From: Nymphaea colorata
Lineage: Eukaryota
Assembly (NCBI RefSeq): GCF_008831285.2
Contig: NC_045138.2
Coordinates: 25,110,001-25,174,000 of the forward strand
DNA length: 64,000 nt
Reading direction: 5' to 3'
The translations under genes and the position numbers were made by a program. Below the pieces are notes generated by a model. The model saw only the letters and a program-made list of their open reading frames with translations, did no database searches and had not been told where the DNA came from. Below, in pieces: positions 36,500-50,245 of this stretch; position 1 is the first letter of the stretch; the number at the start of each line of letters is the position of its first letter.

Positions 36500-38698
36500 T
36501 CACTCGATATTGTGAGCTATCTGTCTGAAGGCTTCTGCGTGCTCCCGGAAGAGCGTCACGATGACGTTGATGCCGCCCTTGCCCTTCTCTTGTGAAGGTG
36601 CAGGGACGATGATGACCAGGCCTTCCATGGGGATCCATGAGGGCATGAAGGCGCAGGGTGCGCCTCCCCCCATGTCCAGCTCGTGGAATTGGAAGCCCAA
36701 CCAGCTGTTTACCTCCAAGTCTGGGACCAAGAAGTTGTCTTCTACATCTTGTGAGGGCACCAACTCTTTGTCCTTGTTTAGCTCACCAAAATCAATGAAC
36801 GATTGGAAGTAATCCCTCCCAAGCCTTGCAACTGCATCCTTGATTAACCTTGCTCCATAACCTACACCCTCCTGTTTTTGGCAAAAGGTAAATTTTCGAC
36901 TCAAATAATCATAATAGCAGATGATGAAGACATTTGTGACATAGTGGAAACTGTGTAATCACTACTCTATTATGAAAAGAAGCATTATTGTTGATGTGGG
37001 TGTCATCATGTCTTCGTCGTTTTTTTTTTTCTCTCTTGATTTCTTTTCTTTATGTTGAGGAATCCATCAAGACCAGGCCCCTTTTTGTTTCCCACCTTTA
37101 GTGGCAAACGAGGAAAGAGTGGACCAGCATTCATAGGTGGGAACTTTTGATGAGGAGAGGATCTGTTTTCTTCTTATATGGAGTTGCTTCCTTTTGTGCT
37201 TCTTGTCTGTTGGTTGATTTTCTCAAAAGGGCTTCCTGGAGAAGAATTCCACTCGGAGAAGCAAGTAAAAGAAAACAACCAAATTTGGTAAGGCCAGTAA
37301 GGAGTACCTAACAGTGCAAACTAAGCATCACTTTTAATTTTTGCCACAGGAAGCATTGTTCAGCAGTTGCGTCGACCAAGTTCGTGACTTTCCATCTGCA
37401 GCAACTGTGGGGCCATTTACAAGAAGCGTGACCAAGTTCACGAACTTGGTCGCTCTTGTCTGATCTCCACTTATTCGACTCTGCAGAGTCATCTGACGCT
37501 CTGCCTTACAGTCTGTGACAAAACTCTTTCACGTATAAAAGGCCTAACAGTATGCATCATCCCGACATAAACAATCATGACTAAGATCTTGCTCTTTTGA
37601 CTAAAGGTCTACCAAGTTCTCGAACTTCTACTGCTTTTTCGAATTAAACACCGGCTTTTCGTGATCTTGGCAAAGCTTTGAAGTTCATGATCTTGGCGAA
37701 TCTAGAAATTGACGTGGAAAACGAGAACATGGAGTACTGTAAAAAGGAAAAGGATGGGATGGGATCGGAACAGAGAGACAAACGACACAACAAGTGCTCA
37801 CCTTCACAAGCTCCTTAGCCTTGGTGGTTGGGTATGCTTCCAAGACCAGGTTGCCGAAGTACTCGTGTGGGATGCCCAGCCTTGGCCGTCCATTGACGAG
37901 CACCCTCACGCGGGTGACCTCGTCGTCCCGAACCCCACGGGCAACGGTGGCCTTCCTCCACACATGGGAGAGAATGACCTCGAAGGTGCTGTGCTTGAGG
38001 CCTGGCCTGGCCTCCATGGCCCTCTGTTTCAGCTCCCTGATGAAGTCCCACGAGTAGTTCACAATGAGGTTTTCCATCGTCTCGATGTCCGCATTGTCGC
38101 CGACGGGTGGTTCCTCAGAGAACTCGGTGTGCTCATGGGGATACTGGCAAGTGGGAGGATCCCTGGGGACAAGCAGACTCTGGTCGTGGATCGGTGGGTG
38201 CTCGAGTTCCAAGCCCCGCACCAGCTGCGCCCACGACACGAAGAAGTTGCTCATCGACTGCCCGTCGGCGATCCGGTGGTTGGCGCTGAGGCCGATGATC
38301 AGCCCCCCGCAGTCGAACCTGTTGAGCTGGATCATGAGAAGTGGGTTCGAGCCCTCCGGGTAGGGGTGCAACTCGTTCAGGCTAGGGCAGGGCTCCAGCG
38401 GGAGAAACTCCTCCAGCTTTCCGGCGACCGTCGTCTCGAAGACGGGTACGCCGGACTCGTCGTCGAGAATGATCGAGGGGGAGTCGGCCGAGAGGCGTCC
38501 TGCGAGTTGGGGGAAGTAGGCAAGGGCCTTGGCGAGGCCCTGCTTGATCTTGGCATTGTTGGCCGTCTGTGTGTTGTAGACGAAGAGGACCGCTATGTGG
38601 AGGTCGGAGGCCTGTTTGTCGAAGATGGTAAGAGGGATTTCTTTGTTGAAGCTCGTTTCTGGCTTCACAAATGAGGAACTCTGGTGGGTCACCTCCAT
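36500..38698 (-). CDS. BAHD acyltransferase, agmatine/tryptamine hydroxycinnamoyltransferase-like (copy 3), 2 exons, 422 aa
   Basis: Exons 38698-37802 (AAG|gtgagc) and 36871-36500 (aaacag|GAG). Motifs: HRIADG, YFGN, DLEVNSWLGF, DMGGG. Same intron position as copies 1 and 2. Confidence 0.93.
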
Positions 38699-38812
38699 GG
38701 TTAGAGAAAGAGAAACCAGAGACAGAAGTTCAGAAGGAGAGAAGATGGGGAGAGAAGGGTGACCTTTTCTGGTTTATGTTTTGAGCTGCTCTCCTCTCTT
38801 GTTCCACTGTCC

Positions 38813-38820
38813 TATTTATA
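38813..38820 (-). promoter_or_regulatory. TATA box candidate, BAHD copy 3
   Basis: TATAAATA on the minus strand ~115 bp upstream of ATG 38698, followed by a CT-rich leader. Confidence 0.55.
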
Positions 38821-39516
38821 GTCTCATATCCAGTCATGTAAAGAGAGCGGGTGAAAGAAAGAAGGAAGAGGAAAAAGAGAGAGAGAGAGAGAGAGTGCGT
38901 GCGTGCGTGCGCGTCGAGAAAGAGAAAGGGCCACCAACCACAGAGGCAATGAGAGAGAGCGTCTAGAAGAAAGGTAACTGGTTCGCTTTGTCAAGAGTGA
39001 AGACTCGAAGCAGCAATGTTTGAACAGAGTTCGTTAGAGACGGCCATGAAAGAGAGTTGCACACGTGAGGAAGGGGAGTTAAAAGGCGATGGCGAAAAGA
39101 CAAAAAGGGGGAATCCGGAGACGCCCAGCTCCTTCGTCTCGGGCAGTGCGGGACCCACTTCCCTATCGCCCTCTTGGGCCCACCATACAGGTTTTCTTTT
39201 CTAGGGGCTCAAGCCTCAACTGCATCCAGATCGGGTCAATATCGGTTCCGAACCAAATCCAGCTACCACTTTTCGCATGCCTCCGATATCCAATGCTTCA
39301 CATGTTTTACCAGGATGCTCCGTTTGTGAAATGGGCAGGACCCGATCCAGTACCTAGTTGTCTAACCATGGTTGTTCATCTCAACGTACACTAAAACCAG
39401 ATGAATGACTCTAAAAAGCCATAGCCACCATTCATTTTTTTTATATATATAGACCTCGCACTGCCTGAGATGTTAAGAGGCCACCCAGAGCCCCCTATAA
39501 TGCATGTGGTTCACAT

Positions 39517-39799
39517 CATAATTGACTCACTCACTGAGTTGGCTCAGGAATTACGCGAGCCAACTCGGATAACTAGTAAACCTAGCCACGAGTCAAGGTT
39601 GGCCCGATTAGTCCCTGACTTTGCCTTGCTCAGCCCGACTTGCCCCGACTCGGCCTAACGATCATGACTCGCTCGATTCAGGTTATTTTAAAACTCAACC
39701 AAAGCAACGAGTCAACTTGCCAAATCGATGAGTCAACTCGCTGAATCGGTGACCCAATCATCAGCCGATCCGGTCTGAGCTACGGGTTTGCCAACTATG
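39517..39799. mobile_element. hAT-type MITE, inverted homolog of 46064-46312
   Basis: Aligns to the reverse complement of 46064-46312; ends cataattgac.../...gtttgccaactatg; degenerate TSD GTTCACAT/GTTCGTGT. Confidence 0.75.
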
Positions 39800-39942
39800 G
39801 TTCGTGTTGCCATTGTCTCCTATATGATAAGACAATGCATGACGCTATAGTGGGGACAGAAAAAATTGGCTGAGGGGCATCAATAGGTCTCTAGTTTAGT
39901 GGTATGGGTACCTAAACCGCATTAACATGGGTATGTTGTGGG

Positions 39943-40247
39943 TAAGGGTAGGCATCGGGCCGGTGCGGCCCGGTAAAGGCTGGTCCGATCCGCCCGGTCG
40001 GGCCGGGCAGCCCGGCCCGATAACCTGGGTCTCGGCTCGGGCCCAGCCCCGTTTAAAAATAAAAAACTAATTTTCAATCATAAAATATTTTTTTAAATAT
40101 AAAATTATATTTATTAATAATAAATATATATTATTAAAACAAAAAAAATTTAAAAAATATATTTTTTAAACGTAAACGTGCCGAACCGAGTTGGGCCAAG
40201 CCGACCTGGGCCGGTCCGGCGGCAGCTCGGCCCGACGCCCACCCTTA
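39943..40247. mobile_element. hAT-type MITE related to 7103-7266
   Basis: TIRs taagggtaggcatcgggccg / cggcccgacgcccaccctta; perfect 8-bp TSD GTTGTGGG (39935-39942, 40248-40255); AT-rich core. Confidence 0.9.
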
Positions 40248-43200
40248 GTTGTGGGCACTATACCTTGCTGGACCTATGTCCATGTCACATTAAAAGATTT
40301 CAAGCCTTGGCATGGGCAGTGACCCACACCAATCACACAGTCGACCCACACCAATCACACAGTCCATCCACCAGGGCAGAGCAAACTCAATGGACAGGCA
40401 CTACAGAAAATTGATCATTGAAATAAAAGTATCATGCTCCAATGTATTAGTTATCATTTTCAAGATTTTCCAAAATGAGATGTCGTGTGATCCATAGCTC
40501 TTCCCAAGAGATTCAATCCAACAAGAATAAGAAGTTAAGACGTCTTATTTTCCCTTTGCCCCCACAATATTATAGGTTGCATCGAATTGCACATGGTGTT
40601 ATGCCGATGTCAATCAAATGAATTGACACATGTGGTCCAACCATCCATGCCAAACCCGTTGGAGCTACTATCAAGAAAAATGATTCATGAGGAGGGTAGG
40701 TAGCTTCGGAGGTACTTCTTGGTGAGTAGCATGAGTATTCATCTTGCCAGATAAAGCATTCACCCAACACCTTACCCTCTCCTCCCCTTGAAAACCCGAC
40801 CCCCCAACAGCATTTGCCGCTCTTTAACAAACCCTCGCATGCACTTATAACCAGCTATTGTGTTTGTCAGCGAGCCAAAGTGCTTGTGAAGCCACTTGTC
40901 CCCGACAGGGTTGGCGCAATGACTGAGGCAACGTTGATGCAATGATTCGTGCAGTTTTTATTTTGAATCTCCAGGCGTGTCAACCCATAGTGCTGCAAAA
41001 AAAAATGCTACCAACATGCAAGTTGAAGTATCGCAGGAGCGGCATCCCGAGACACTAAAAACATGACCCATACCTGGGGCAAGTTGTGGCCCGAGGCCCA
41101 CTATGTTCGGAAACAAGCTAAGCAACATAGGGTTTAGATATTGACCATGCAAAACAACCAAATAATTGCAATACCTCCTACTTGTTTGCTAAATTCATGC
41201 TCACAGTATTCTTCTCATGTGCTGCAAAGGAGATGAACATAGCAACAGTCATGCATCTGCCCCAAAGGTTTGTAGATCCATAAACACTTGTCAAAGTGGT
41301 TAATGAATCTAACCAACTTTCGGGTTACATGCATGAGACAATAACATATAAACAGCTATGTTATCATTCTCAAACGCCTCCAGAGGATAAGAGGAAGAAC
41401 TATTCATGATTTCCACTACTTACTGGGGCTGGGAGTAAACTCAAATTCAACCTTAACCCAAGAAGCACACGTACATGTCCAAAATCAATCTTTGGAATTC
41501 ACTTAGTTACGAGCTTCTCTTACCAAACAAGCAGATCCATTGTAGACCATGTCAATGACCTTGGTTAGGTTAACCCTTTGAAGGCATTTAATAAGAACAA
41601 TTTATTTTTGGAGTACTTGTTCATCGAACACATGCATGTTTCAATTACATGTGATTTTCTATATATAAATACATTCAAAATCAAATCATATTCTTTAAGA
41701 CAATAACGTGGTCTTTTCAGATGATGTGCTTAAAAAAAAATACAATGTTTCTTCCTATCGAATTGAGCTTAAAGTGATTGTATCGTTAAAGGAGGTGAAT
41801 AAATTAAAAGCCCGGGGTTACACGTATTTACCTTATTGAATAGCTTGTTCAGAGGCAGAAAGAATAACCAAAGGCGTAAAGAAATGCGGATTTAGATAGG
41901 CGTTTTCAATGAGAAAGATCTATGGTCCTACTCATTGATCTTTCCTTTTTTCTGCCAAGAAAAATGTCGACCACAATTAGATGATTGCAAAACTTGTGGC
42001 TGTGCAAAGGTGTCGGTTAAACGATTAGTTATTTTGATCCTTGGAGCAAGTTAGGAATATCCACCAATGTATAAATTGTCGGTGTGGGAGTGGTTATTTT
42101 CGAAAACCAAAAACATATGGAAGGGATTGATTAAATGATTAATTGTCATTCATTATGCCTTCTTTAGCAATTATTCCAACTGAATTGGCCAGGCTGTAGA
42201 TTCTATGAATCGACTTTTAAAAAAAATAAACAGAATATATGAATATATATATATATATATATAACTAATAAAGATAATTAATCATCCAATTAATGAGGCC
42301 TATTTTGATAACACAGCAGCAATTTTCCATATTGAGACGTGGAATAGCACCATCCTTCATCTCGGAAATTTATATTTTTTTTAACCAAATTCTGCAAGTG
42401 AAACAAAATTGTAGTAAAGAAGAAGGAAAGCAAATTCCCATTGATATTTGGATCTCCAGTATTTATTTGTCCCCCCAAAGAAGAAGAAGAAGAAGAAGAA
42501 GAAAAAGACTTTGATAACATTTGTCGGCAATGACAGTAAGCGATTTTAAAGGCCGCAATTTTTGCATGGGCTGCCGTAGACATCTCGTGAGTCGTCTCGA
42601 TGGCCATTTTCTTTGAAAGCAATTGAACCACCACGACAGCGAGTGAATGGTCATTGGCTATTCAGAGTCATTCAACCGCCAAATTCATCGCAATGGATGG
42701 CTGAAGAAAAATGGCCATTACATTTTTCTTTTTATTTTTTTCTCAACCTCCATATCCATCCATTACAATGAATAAAACATTTTACATATGTGACTTTGAA
42801 TATATATATATATTATTCAAACCATCGTAACTTTTAATCATACTCATGAAATCATCCTTCTAGCAAAAGTATACGATTCTTATTTAAATCTTTGATATTG
42901 TCATTATTGTATTTCAGAATTATTCTCTTGGGGTTCTGCTATCAAAGATCAGGGTGTTGGGAAATTTCCGATGGGGTTTCCGTGACATTCTATCTAAAAC
43001 AGATTGTCGGGACATCCTTCTCTTTTCGTCATACACCCACAGATAAAGTTAGTTATGAGTGAAATAAATTAATTAGTCGACCGAATCTCAATATTGACAG
43101 TTCAATGTTTGTTTACACTGTTGTTCTCAATAGTGAACACATTATAAGGTGAAATGTCATTATATGCGGGGCTAGGCCAAGAATTTTTCATGTGAAGTCA

Positions 43201-44259
43201 AATTATAGCTTCTAAATGTTGATAGGGGTTAAATATCATTTTTTTAAAATTTTTATATAAAATAAGAAATATATATAAAATTTTATTTGTAAATTTATTA
43301 TTATTTTTTTAGAGGGGGCAGATTCGCTCCACCCGTGGTGAAACGGACATTTTGCATTCTCAATAAACATGGGTTCTCGCTTTTCACGCGAGTCAAGCAC
43401 CTACTCGTGTAGGTTCAAGGAAATCAAAGCATACACACGGATAACTTTTCAAAATGCCTATAAGATAGCGACTAAAAGAAATCTCGGGATGTCAATAAAT
43501 CTGATTTCTAGATTCAACATGAAAAAAAACATTGATATTCAGAAATGACGTCAGGTCAAAATCTTTACATTCAGATCAAATTTAGTTTTTAATGGATATC
43601 CTATATACAATATCCATATACTTTGGAAGTATATTCTTGACATTTGATAGTTTAATTGTGATTCCATTTCAAAGTTGGATTTGGATGGTTAATTCTGATC
43701 TTCACTCCAACAAAGTATAGTCTTTTTTTTCTTTATATTTGAATCCGAATATATAAACATCCAAAAAGTTGGACATGGTAAGGACCATTTGTGGGAATTT
43801 GTTCAACAGATTTCCTAAGTCACCGGACTCTTTTATTTTACTGTCGCACCGGAGTCCGCATTGAGTCGGGTGTGCACCACACATGGGTGCGGCTTCGACT
43901 CACACCCGAACCAGTTAAAATGTTATATTACTAAATTACTTATATAATATATGTTGTTTTGATATTTTTCTATGCAATGCAATTATTCAAGTATGTTATA
44001 TACATTAATAACTAAATTGTAATAATATGTTTATTCTGTTATATATATAATAAATTAAAAATAATAATAATAATAAAATATCCCCGCACTATTATCCTCT
44101 GTTTCATGGGGAAAATGTATTTCTTCGTCGAATGTACAAATAATCAATGGAGTTAGGCATTTATTTGAACTAAATACTAAGCATAATAAACAGACCTGCA
44201 TAATAGCTGTGCATCATCATTCCCTACCCCAAAAAGCTGCCGACATGAGTTCAGTGTGG

Positions 44260-44707
44260 CATAGTTGTCTGACTCGCTGATATGAGCCGCAAGCCGCCCA
44301 AATCGGCTAGGATCATCCATCCATTCGATTATGAGTCAAGGATCGCCGAGTCAACTAGGATAATCAACTAATTACATGTTCTTTTTTGTTGTGCGCCGCA
44401 AACTACTAAAGTTTTTTTTTTTTTTTTGAACTTTACTAAGTATATTCGAATATGCATATTATATATTATTTGGTTTTATTTGATGATAAAATCAAATATG
44501 AAATCCTAATAGACTTATCTTTTTCATCTATTTATAAAAAAAAAATACACTATAAAAATTTATGACTTAGCTCACCAAGACCCGAAGTCAACTCCCTAAC
44601 CCAGTGAGCCAGTTTTCAGCGGAACTAAGTCTGAATCACAAGTTTACCAACTAAGATGCCAGTTTTCAGCGGAACTAAGTCTGAATCACAAGTTTACCAA
44701 CTAAGAT
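44260..44707. mobile_element. Older member of the same MITE family with a duplicated right end
   Basis: Starts catagttgtctgactcg and ends agtttaccaactaag; perfect 50-bp tandem duplication 44608-44657 / 44658-44707. Confidence 0.6.
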
Positions 44708-46063
44708 CCCTTATGCCATATGCCAAAGTTAATAGAAGTTGGTTGCACCAAAATCCAACCAATAACATTGAATGAGTATATACATCCCAAAAGTTCGGTC
44801 ATCAGATTCCATATTGATTAATTAGTAAAAACTTCTGCTGGTAAGTACCAGAAAAATAATAGATTTGTCCTCATCAAATCATAAAACAAAACATTCAGAA
44901 CTGCTTGCTTCACCTATAGAAGTGATCACAAGTTGTCATGTTTCCATGTGAATCTTTTTATATTAGTGAATTATTTCATTAAAAAATATTCTAGTGATTT
45001 TTATTTAGTTATGTACCTCACGGTTCATATAGAAAATTAATAGCTACCAAACCCGTACTGTGGACCAACTAGTGTGATTAATCCTACTATTTGACAATTT
45101 CAACTGAAATCAATCTTCAGATTAAAATATGAAGAGCATGACTATCCGAATTCGTCTATGGAAGGTCGTCGATTCATTAATTATATATCAAGAGATATAA
45201 AAGGTTGCTTACTTCTTTACAAATAAATTTAAATGCTTAGCTGAGTTCAATAGGTTGGACCAATTAAATACGAACTCAGTATAAGAAAACAAAGAATCTA
45301 ATCGGTTGAGGGATTCCGTGTCGTACTAATTAAATATGTAATAGACAAGCATCAAATGACACTAATTTCTCCTTAAAAAAATGGTGAGAAAGAGAGAGAG
45401 CCGTGTATCCGAGAATTGACAAAGTCCGGAAGTGAATTTCAATTTTAATGAATCAAACGCTTCCCCATGTTTCTAAATATAAATAAACATCACATTTTTT
45501 TAAAATTAAGTGACACGATGTCCCGACATTTGCTCCGTCGGGTGAGCAGGGTTTTCTCGTGTTCAATAGAAAGCTGAACTCTTCACCCAACCCCTTGTAC
45601 TTATTTATGGTCAGTATAAGGAGACAAGCCTGTAGTATCATAATAATGCATCCTAATATGCATTAACAAGTACTATTTGTCGCTAATGGGGTACATGCAC
45701 GGACAATTTGTCAAAAATGTCAGAAAAGCTTTTATTAACGTAACTTTTATGACGTTTTGTCATATAAATCAGAAATAATTTCACCTAAGTTAATCTGGCT
45801 ATTGCTGACGTTTTCCAAGCATAAGCAAAACCGACGTTTTTAATTTGTAGTATATAGGGTTTCTTAAATTAATTTATATATCAACTAATATGGGCTGTTA
45901 AACATATTGATCATTAAATTGTCAGCCGCATAGCGTCTTCACTGGCATTTCGTTTCAGTAAAACTTCTATGGATGCTTCCTCCCTCTTTTGTGACAATTT
46001 TCTTGAGCCATTGGATAATAAAATTCTTGTTTCCAATTTAGTTTTAAAATGCTTGTATATATG

Positions 46064-46312
46064 CATAGTTGGCAAACTCGTGACTCGAACTCAGATCGGC
46101 CGATGACCAGGTCACCGGCTAAGCATGTTGACTCATCTACTCGGTCGAGTTAACCTGAATCGGGCGAGTCAGGACGAGTCAAGGCGGAGTCGGGCCCAGT
46201 TAGGGGCAAGTCAAGAGCGAACATGGCCAATCTGGACTCGAGACCAGGTTTTCTAGCGATCCGAGCTAACTCAGGCGATTCCGGAGCCAACTCGGCGAGT
46301 CGGCCAAGTATG
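46064..46312. mobile_element. hAT-type MITE (GACTCG/CGAGTC-rich family)
   Basis: TIRs catagttggcaaactcg / cgagtcggccaagtatg; 8-bp TSD TATATATG on both sides. Confidence 0.85.
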
Positions 46313-47301
46313 TATATATGTCTCATAGTTGAGCTGCCTATGGTTGAAAGAAAGATTTGTTCTTCTTTTTCTCAACTGTTACTGAATTTAACAGTTTAGG
46401 CTGCAGGACTTTAGGGTTTAGAGCAGCACTATCCATTGCCCTACATTTCCTTGTGCCACCTAAATGTCCTGTGTAACAACAGTGTTCAGTTGATATCAGT
46501 TGGGTTATTAAAGTATTTGTGCAGGAAAGATGAAAAAGACTTGTTTTGCTATGAACGTTCAAACGATTGGCCAACAAATTCATGAGGTTATGAACATGAA
46601 TCTTCTGTTGAGCGATGTCTATCACATCAAGGGAAAGAAAATGCAAGTGTATTTGACATCTTTTTATGAGACAAGTTTTCCAAGTATGGATCGATGCGAC
46701 CCCGGATACATATTGGCGAATTCAATGCAAATAACGATGGTGTGCCAATATTAATGCTTTTATTCAAACTTGATCTGGTAGATGTCTGGCCAACCACGGC
46801 GGAGAATACAATATTTCTCCAAAATATTGCTGGTTTCATGTACAACTAACGTTAAATAGGAATGCTTTAAAAAAAAAAAATGCCAGTGGGAGGAGCAGAT
46901 GAAGGCGCCTACCTCATTATCGACTATAGAATGTGGCCATCTGCCTAATTAGATCCACAATATCTGTAACTCGTCCCTGCATATTCAATGCAGCTACCTA
47001 AATATTTGACGATAATTAACGATGCACCTAACTTTTTTATACTGTTCGAACATAACTAGCTTTTGTCGAATTCCAACTGTTAAATTAGAGAAAGTTACCA
47101 TATTTCCCTAGCTTCATGAATGGACCCCCAACTTGATCCGGCCTTTACTGAATTGGACTTAATTGTATTCCATATTCATTCTATATTCAGATCCAACCTC
47201 GGTCTGTTTAAATTTATTTCAAATTCGGGTAGCGTAAGGTTTTGAGATGAGAGCTTTGTCAAACCCCGGTCGAATATACATGGATGATATCAGATTCAAC
47301 T

Positions 47302-47701
47302 TAGAGATGCCAATATATCTGAAATGTCTGATTGGATCGTTCTAAGATATAAATATGGAAAAAAAATTAGTATCTGATTAAAAATTGGATCGGATTCGGA
47401 TTTAAGAAATGACATTCGATCGGGTTCGAATTTGGATATACATAAATATCTAATCAGATTTAAACTGACACTCAGATCGGATTTAGTTTTAAATAAATGT
47501 TTTATATCTAAGTCTCTTAAATTGAAAATTTGGATTCAGATTCTGATTGAATTCGGATTACTAGATCAAATTTTGGATTCTGATTCGAATTTATGTATGA
47601 CATATTTTTGTTTGTATTCGAATATGAACTTGTGAATATCCAAAAAAGTGGAATCCAGTTAAAGGTATATGCAGTTCTAGTCTGATACATTGATATCTCT
47701 G
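47302..47701. mobile_element. Second copy of the 27683-28127 MITE family
   Basis: tagagatgccaat...ttgatatctctg; internal blocks such as aaatgacattcgatcgg and cataaatatc align to 27683-28127. No clear TSD. Confidence 0.65.
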
Positions 47702-50087
47702 GAACTGCATACCAAACCTAAATCTGATTAACAATCGGATCTCGATTTCCTTACCAGGTCCGAGTTCCTAGATTTAAAATCAGATTGACAGTTAGATATA
47801 CTAAATTCCCTTTACACCTAAGTTTCGCTTGCATAAGTAACTTTGTAGCATTAATTTTTAGAGAAAGAAAATCATCCAACTGATTTAGAAATGCAGTTTG
47901 GTGGAGAGGAAGCTAAAAATGTAGATTGAATAGCTTAGATCAAACATCTACCACATTGTTCTGCAATTTTAGCCCTTTTTATTGTTGTTCCTCTACTAAA
48001 GAACTAAAGCATGGATTGGTGGTGGTCGAGATTCCTTGCTGTAGTAAAGAAGAAAAACGCCCCAGTATGTCCTGGAATGCGGATGTTGGATTTCACTGCT
48101 TTGAATTGATTTTGGAAATTTCGGCGTGAACCACAATACTCATTCTCTTTAGGTTCTTCTGGTTCCTAGATTCCCCTGTATTGTCATCAAGGAAGAGAGG
48201 AGTAGTCGTTTTGCTGCTGCTGTTCAAATTTCACATTTCACAAAGAAACAAAGAAAGATTGTGGAAACCTGAAAACTTTTTGTTGGTGTGGAATAAATCC
48301 AATATGTGTAACGTTTAGGCTAAGGCTCGAGAAGATTCAGTATCAAATTCCTCAAAATCCAAGCGTATTAGATGGCAATGTTAAATGGTAGGGAGAGGGA
48401 AAGAGTGAACACGGAAAGAGAGAGGGAAAGAGTCACACGGAAAGAATTCTTCATTCCATGTTAACAAAGCCTTACCCAGCGTAAGGTATTTATACAAAAT
48501 CAAATGCTTATCTTTTCTATTTACTCGTATATACGACAAGATGATAGATATGGCAAGATAGGGAATCACGGCTAAATCTGTTTCCTGAAATCACGATGTT
48601 GCTGATTCTTATCCAGAAGTTGTGTAACGTCTAACAGGCAAAAGTGCAGATTTCATTGATCCTCTGTTCTGGGTCTTGGAAGATGCATGGACCATACGTG
48701 CAAGTAGATGTCTCTTTTGTGTGTATGCGTGTGCATCAAGAGAGAGAGAGAGAGTTGGGGATGCAAATAGAAGATATTCATTCCGCAGGTTTTGCAATTT
48801 TCATCTGTACCAAATCTGACAGACGATGTATTTAGCTGATTTGAGTCCAATCTCTTTGCATGCTTGCATGTATGCGTGTCTGTGTATTTATGTGCGTACA
48901 TATCAAATCCTAATCTTACTTCCTATGTCTAAGAAAATTACATCCAGACTGGAAATCTTAAGATGCTTACACAGTTCTTTTCCATAAGATGAAAACACAT
49001 AATGATCAATGGAATTGGCATATTAGGCAGTCTCGTCACTGTCATGCGGACTGTCGTGTTCAGACCTTATCAAGGTGATGCCAGCAGGGGAACGCCAGAC
49101 GTTCCATTCCTTGCATTCTCCGGAACGGGAATCAAATGAGTTTCAATCTGTGCATAGTCGATGCTACAGGTGTCAAAATTTAGAGTTTGTGAGGATTAGC
49201 CACGGTCTTTTACCTCTCCCTCAAGATGGTTCAGGTCTGAGTTTCCCTTGAAACTAGTTCAAGAAAAATGCAGAAACTTGGAAATTGTGGAAGACATGGC
49301 ACCAATGTTTCTGTTTTTGGTTAACCATTCAAGTTTAGGTGGATTCCTACAAGATTATGCTGGATTCCTACAAGATTATGCTAAGTGATGTACACGAAAT
49401 ATCAAACTCTTGACCTCCATCACCGGTTCGAAGCTATTGTCTGTAGAAGGCGCCAGTGAGCTGCATAGACGTGGAATGTGCTCGTGTAGAAGAACGATGC
49501 CTCGTTTCAGGAATGATTTCTTACAAGTAGTTTTCCACTTCACTTACATGACTAAGGTGAAGGCCATGACGAATTACAGAAAAACTCATTGTTTACGTGG
49601 AAGTGGGAAAACAGCAAAAAATGAAATTTTAGACAGAAAGACAAGGGCGTTCACCAAGTTATAGCTAAAACAACACTTTATGCACAGCTGTAAAATTCAA
49701 TCAAGTGGAGCCAACACAAACGCGGTATTTGCTATCATCAGCAAATTTGAGCATTTTATAAGGTCAAGCATCAATGGGAGCTGCAGGCTATGCTCTGTTC
49801 TTGTTCTGTCGGTGATGAGACTAAGACTACTGGAGTAGAATATGATTAAAAAAATGAAGGGAGCATGGGCAGACTCCCAACTGCATTTGCAGTAATTTCT
49901 TAAAGCAAGAAATTTTCTGGGTTAACGGACAGGCGAGGATGGTTGTAAGCTTCTCTTCTTCTCACTTGCCAGTCTATAAAAAGAAATAAAAGGTCTGCTG
50001 CAGAACTCAGTTTTATGTGTTGTTCGCATAGTGTACAGAGGATACGTTTGCCTTTTTGTTTCAAGACTCCCTTGATAATATTACGAG

Positions 50088-50128
<41 letters not shown>

Positions 50129-50245
50129 ACTTTTGTTGTTGAACATCAATAAGTAGTGAAGTTTAAAATCAACATTAGACATTTCTACATGTAAAAAAAA
50201 ACTATTGATTTCAGTAATCAACTCATCTACCTACAGTAGAAATGT

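Noticed and set aside
37709..38674. 321-aa plus-strand ORF
   Set aside because: Antisense shadow of the GC-rich BAHD copy 3 exon 1, with no recognisable motifs. The same applies to the short antisense ORFs over copies 1 and 2.
47900..49700. Exon-like stretches downstream of the CASPL gene
   Set aside because: No consistent spliced frame or recognisable protein could be assembled.
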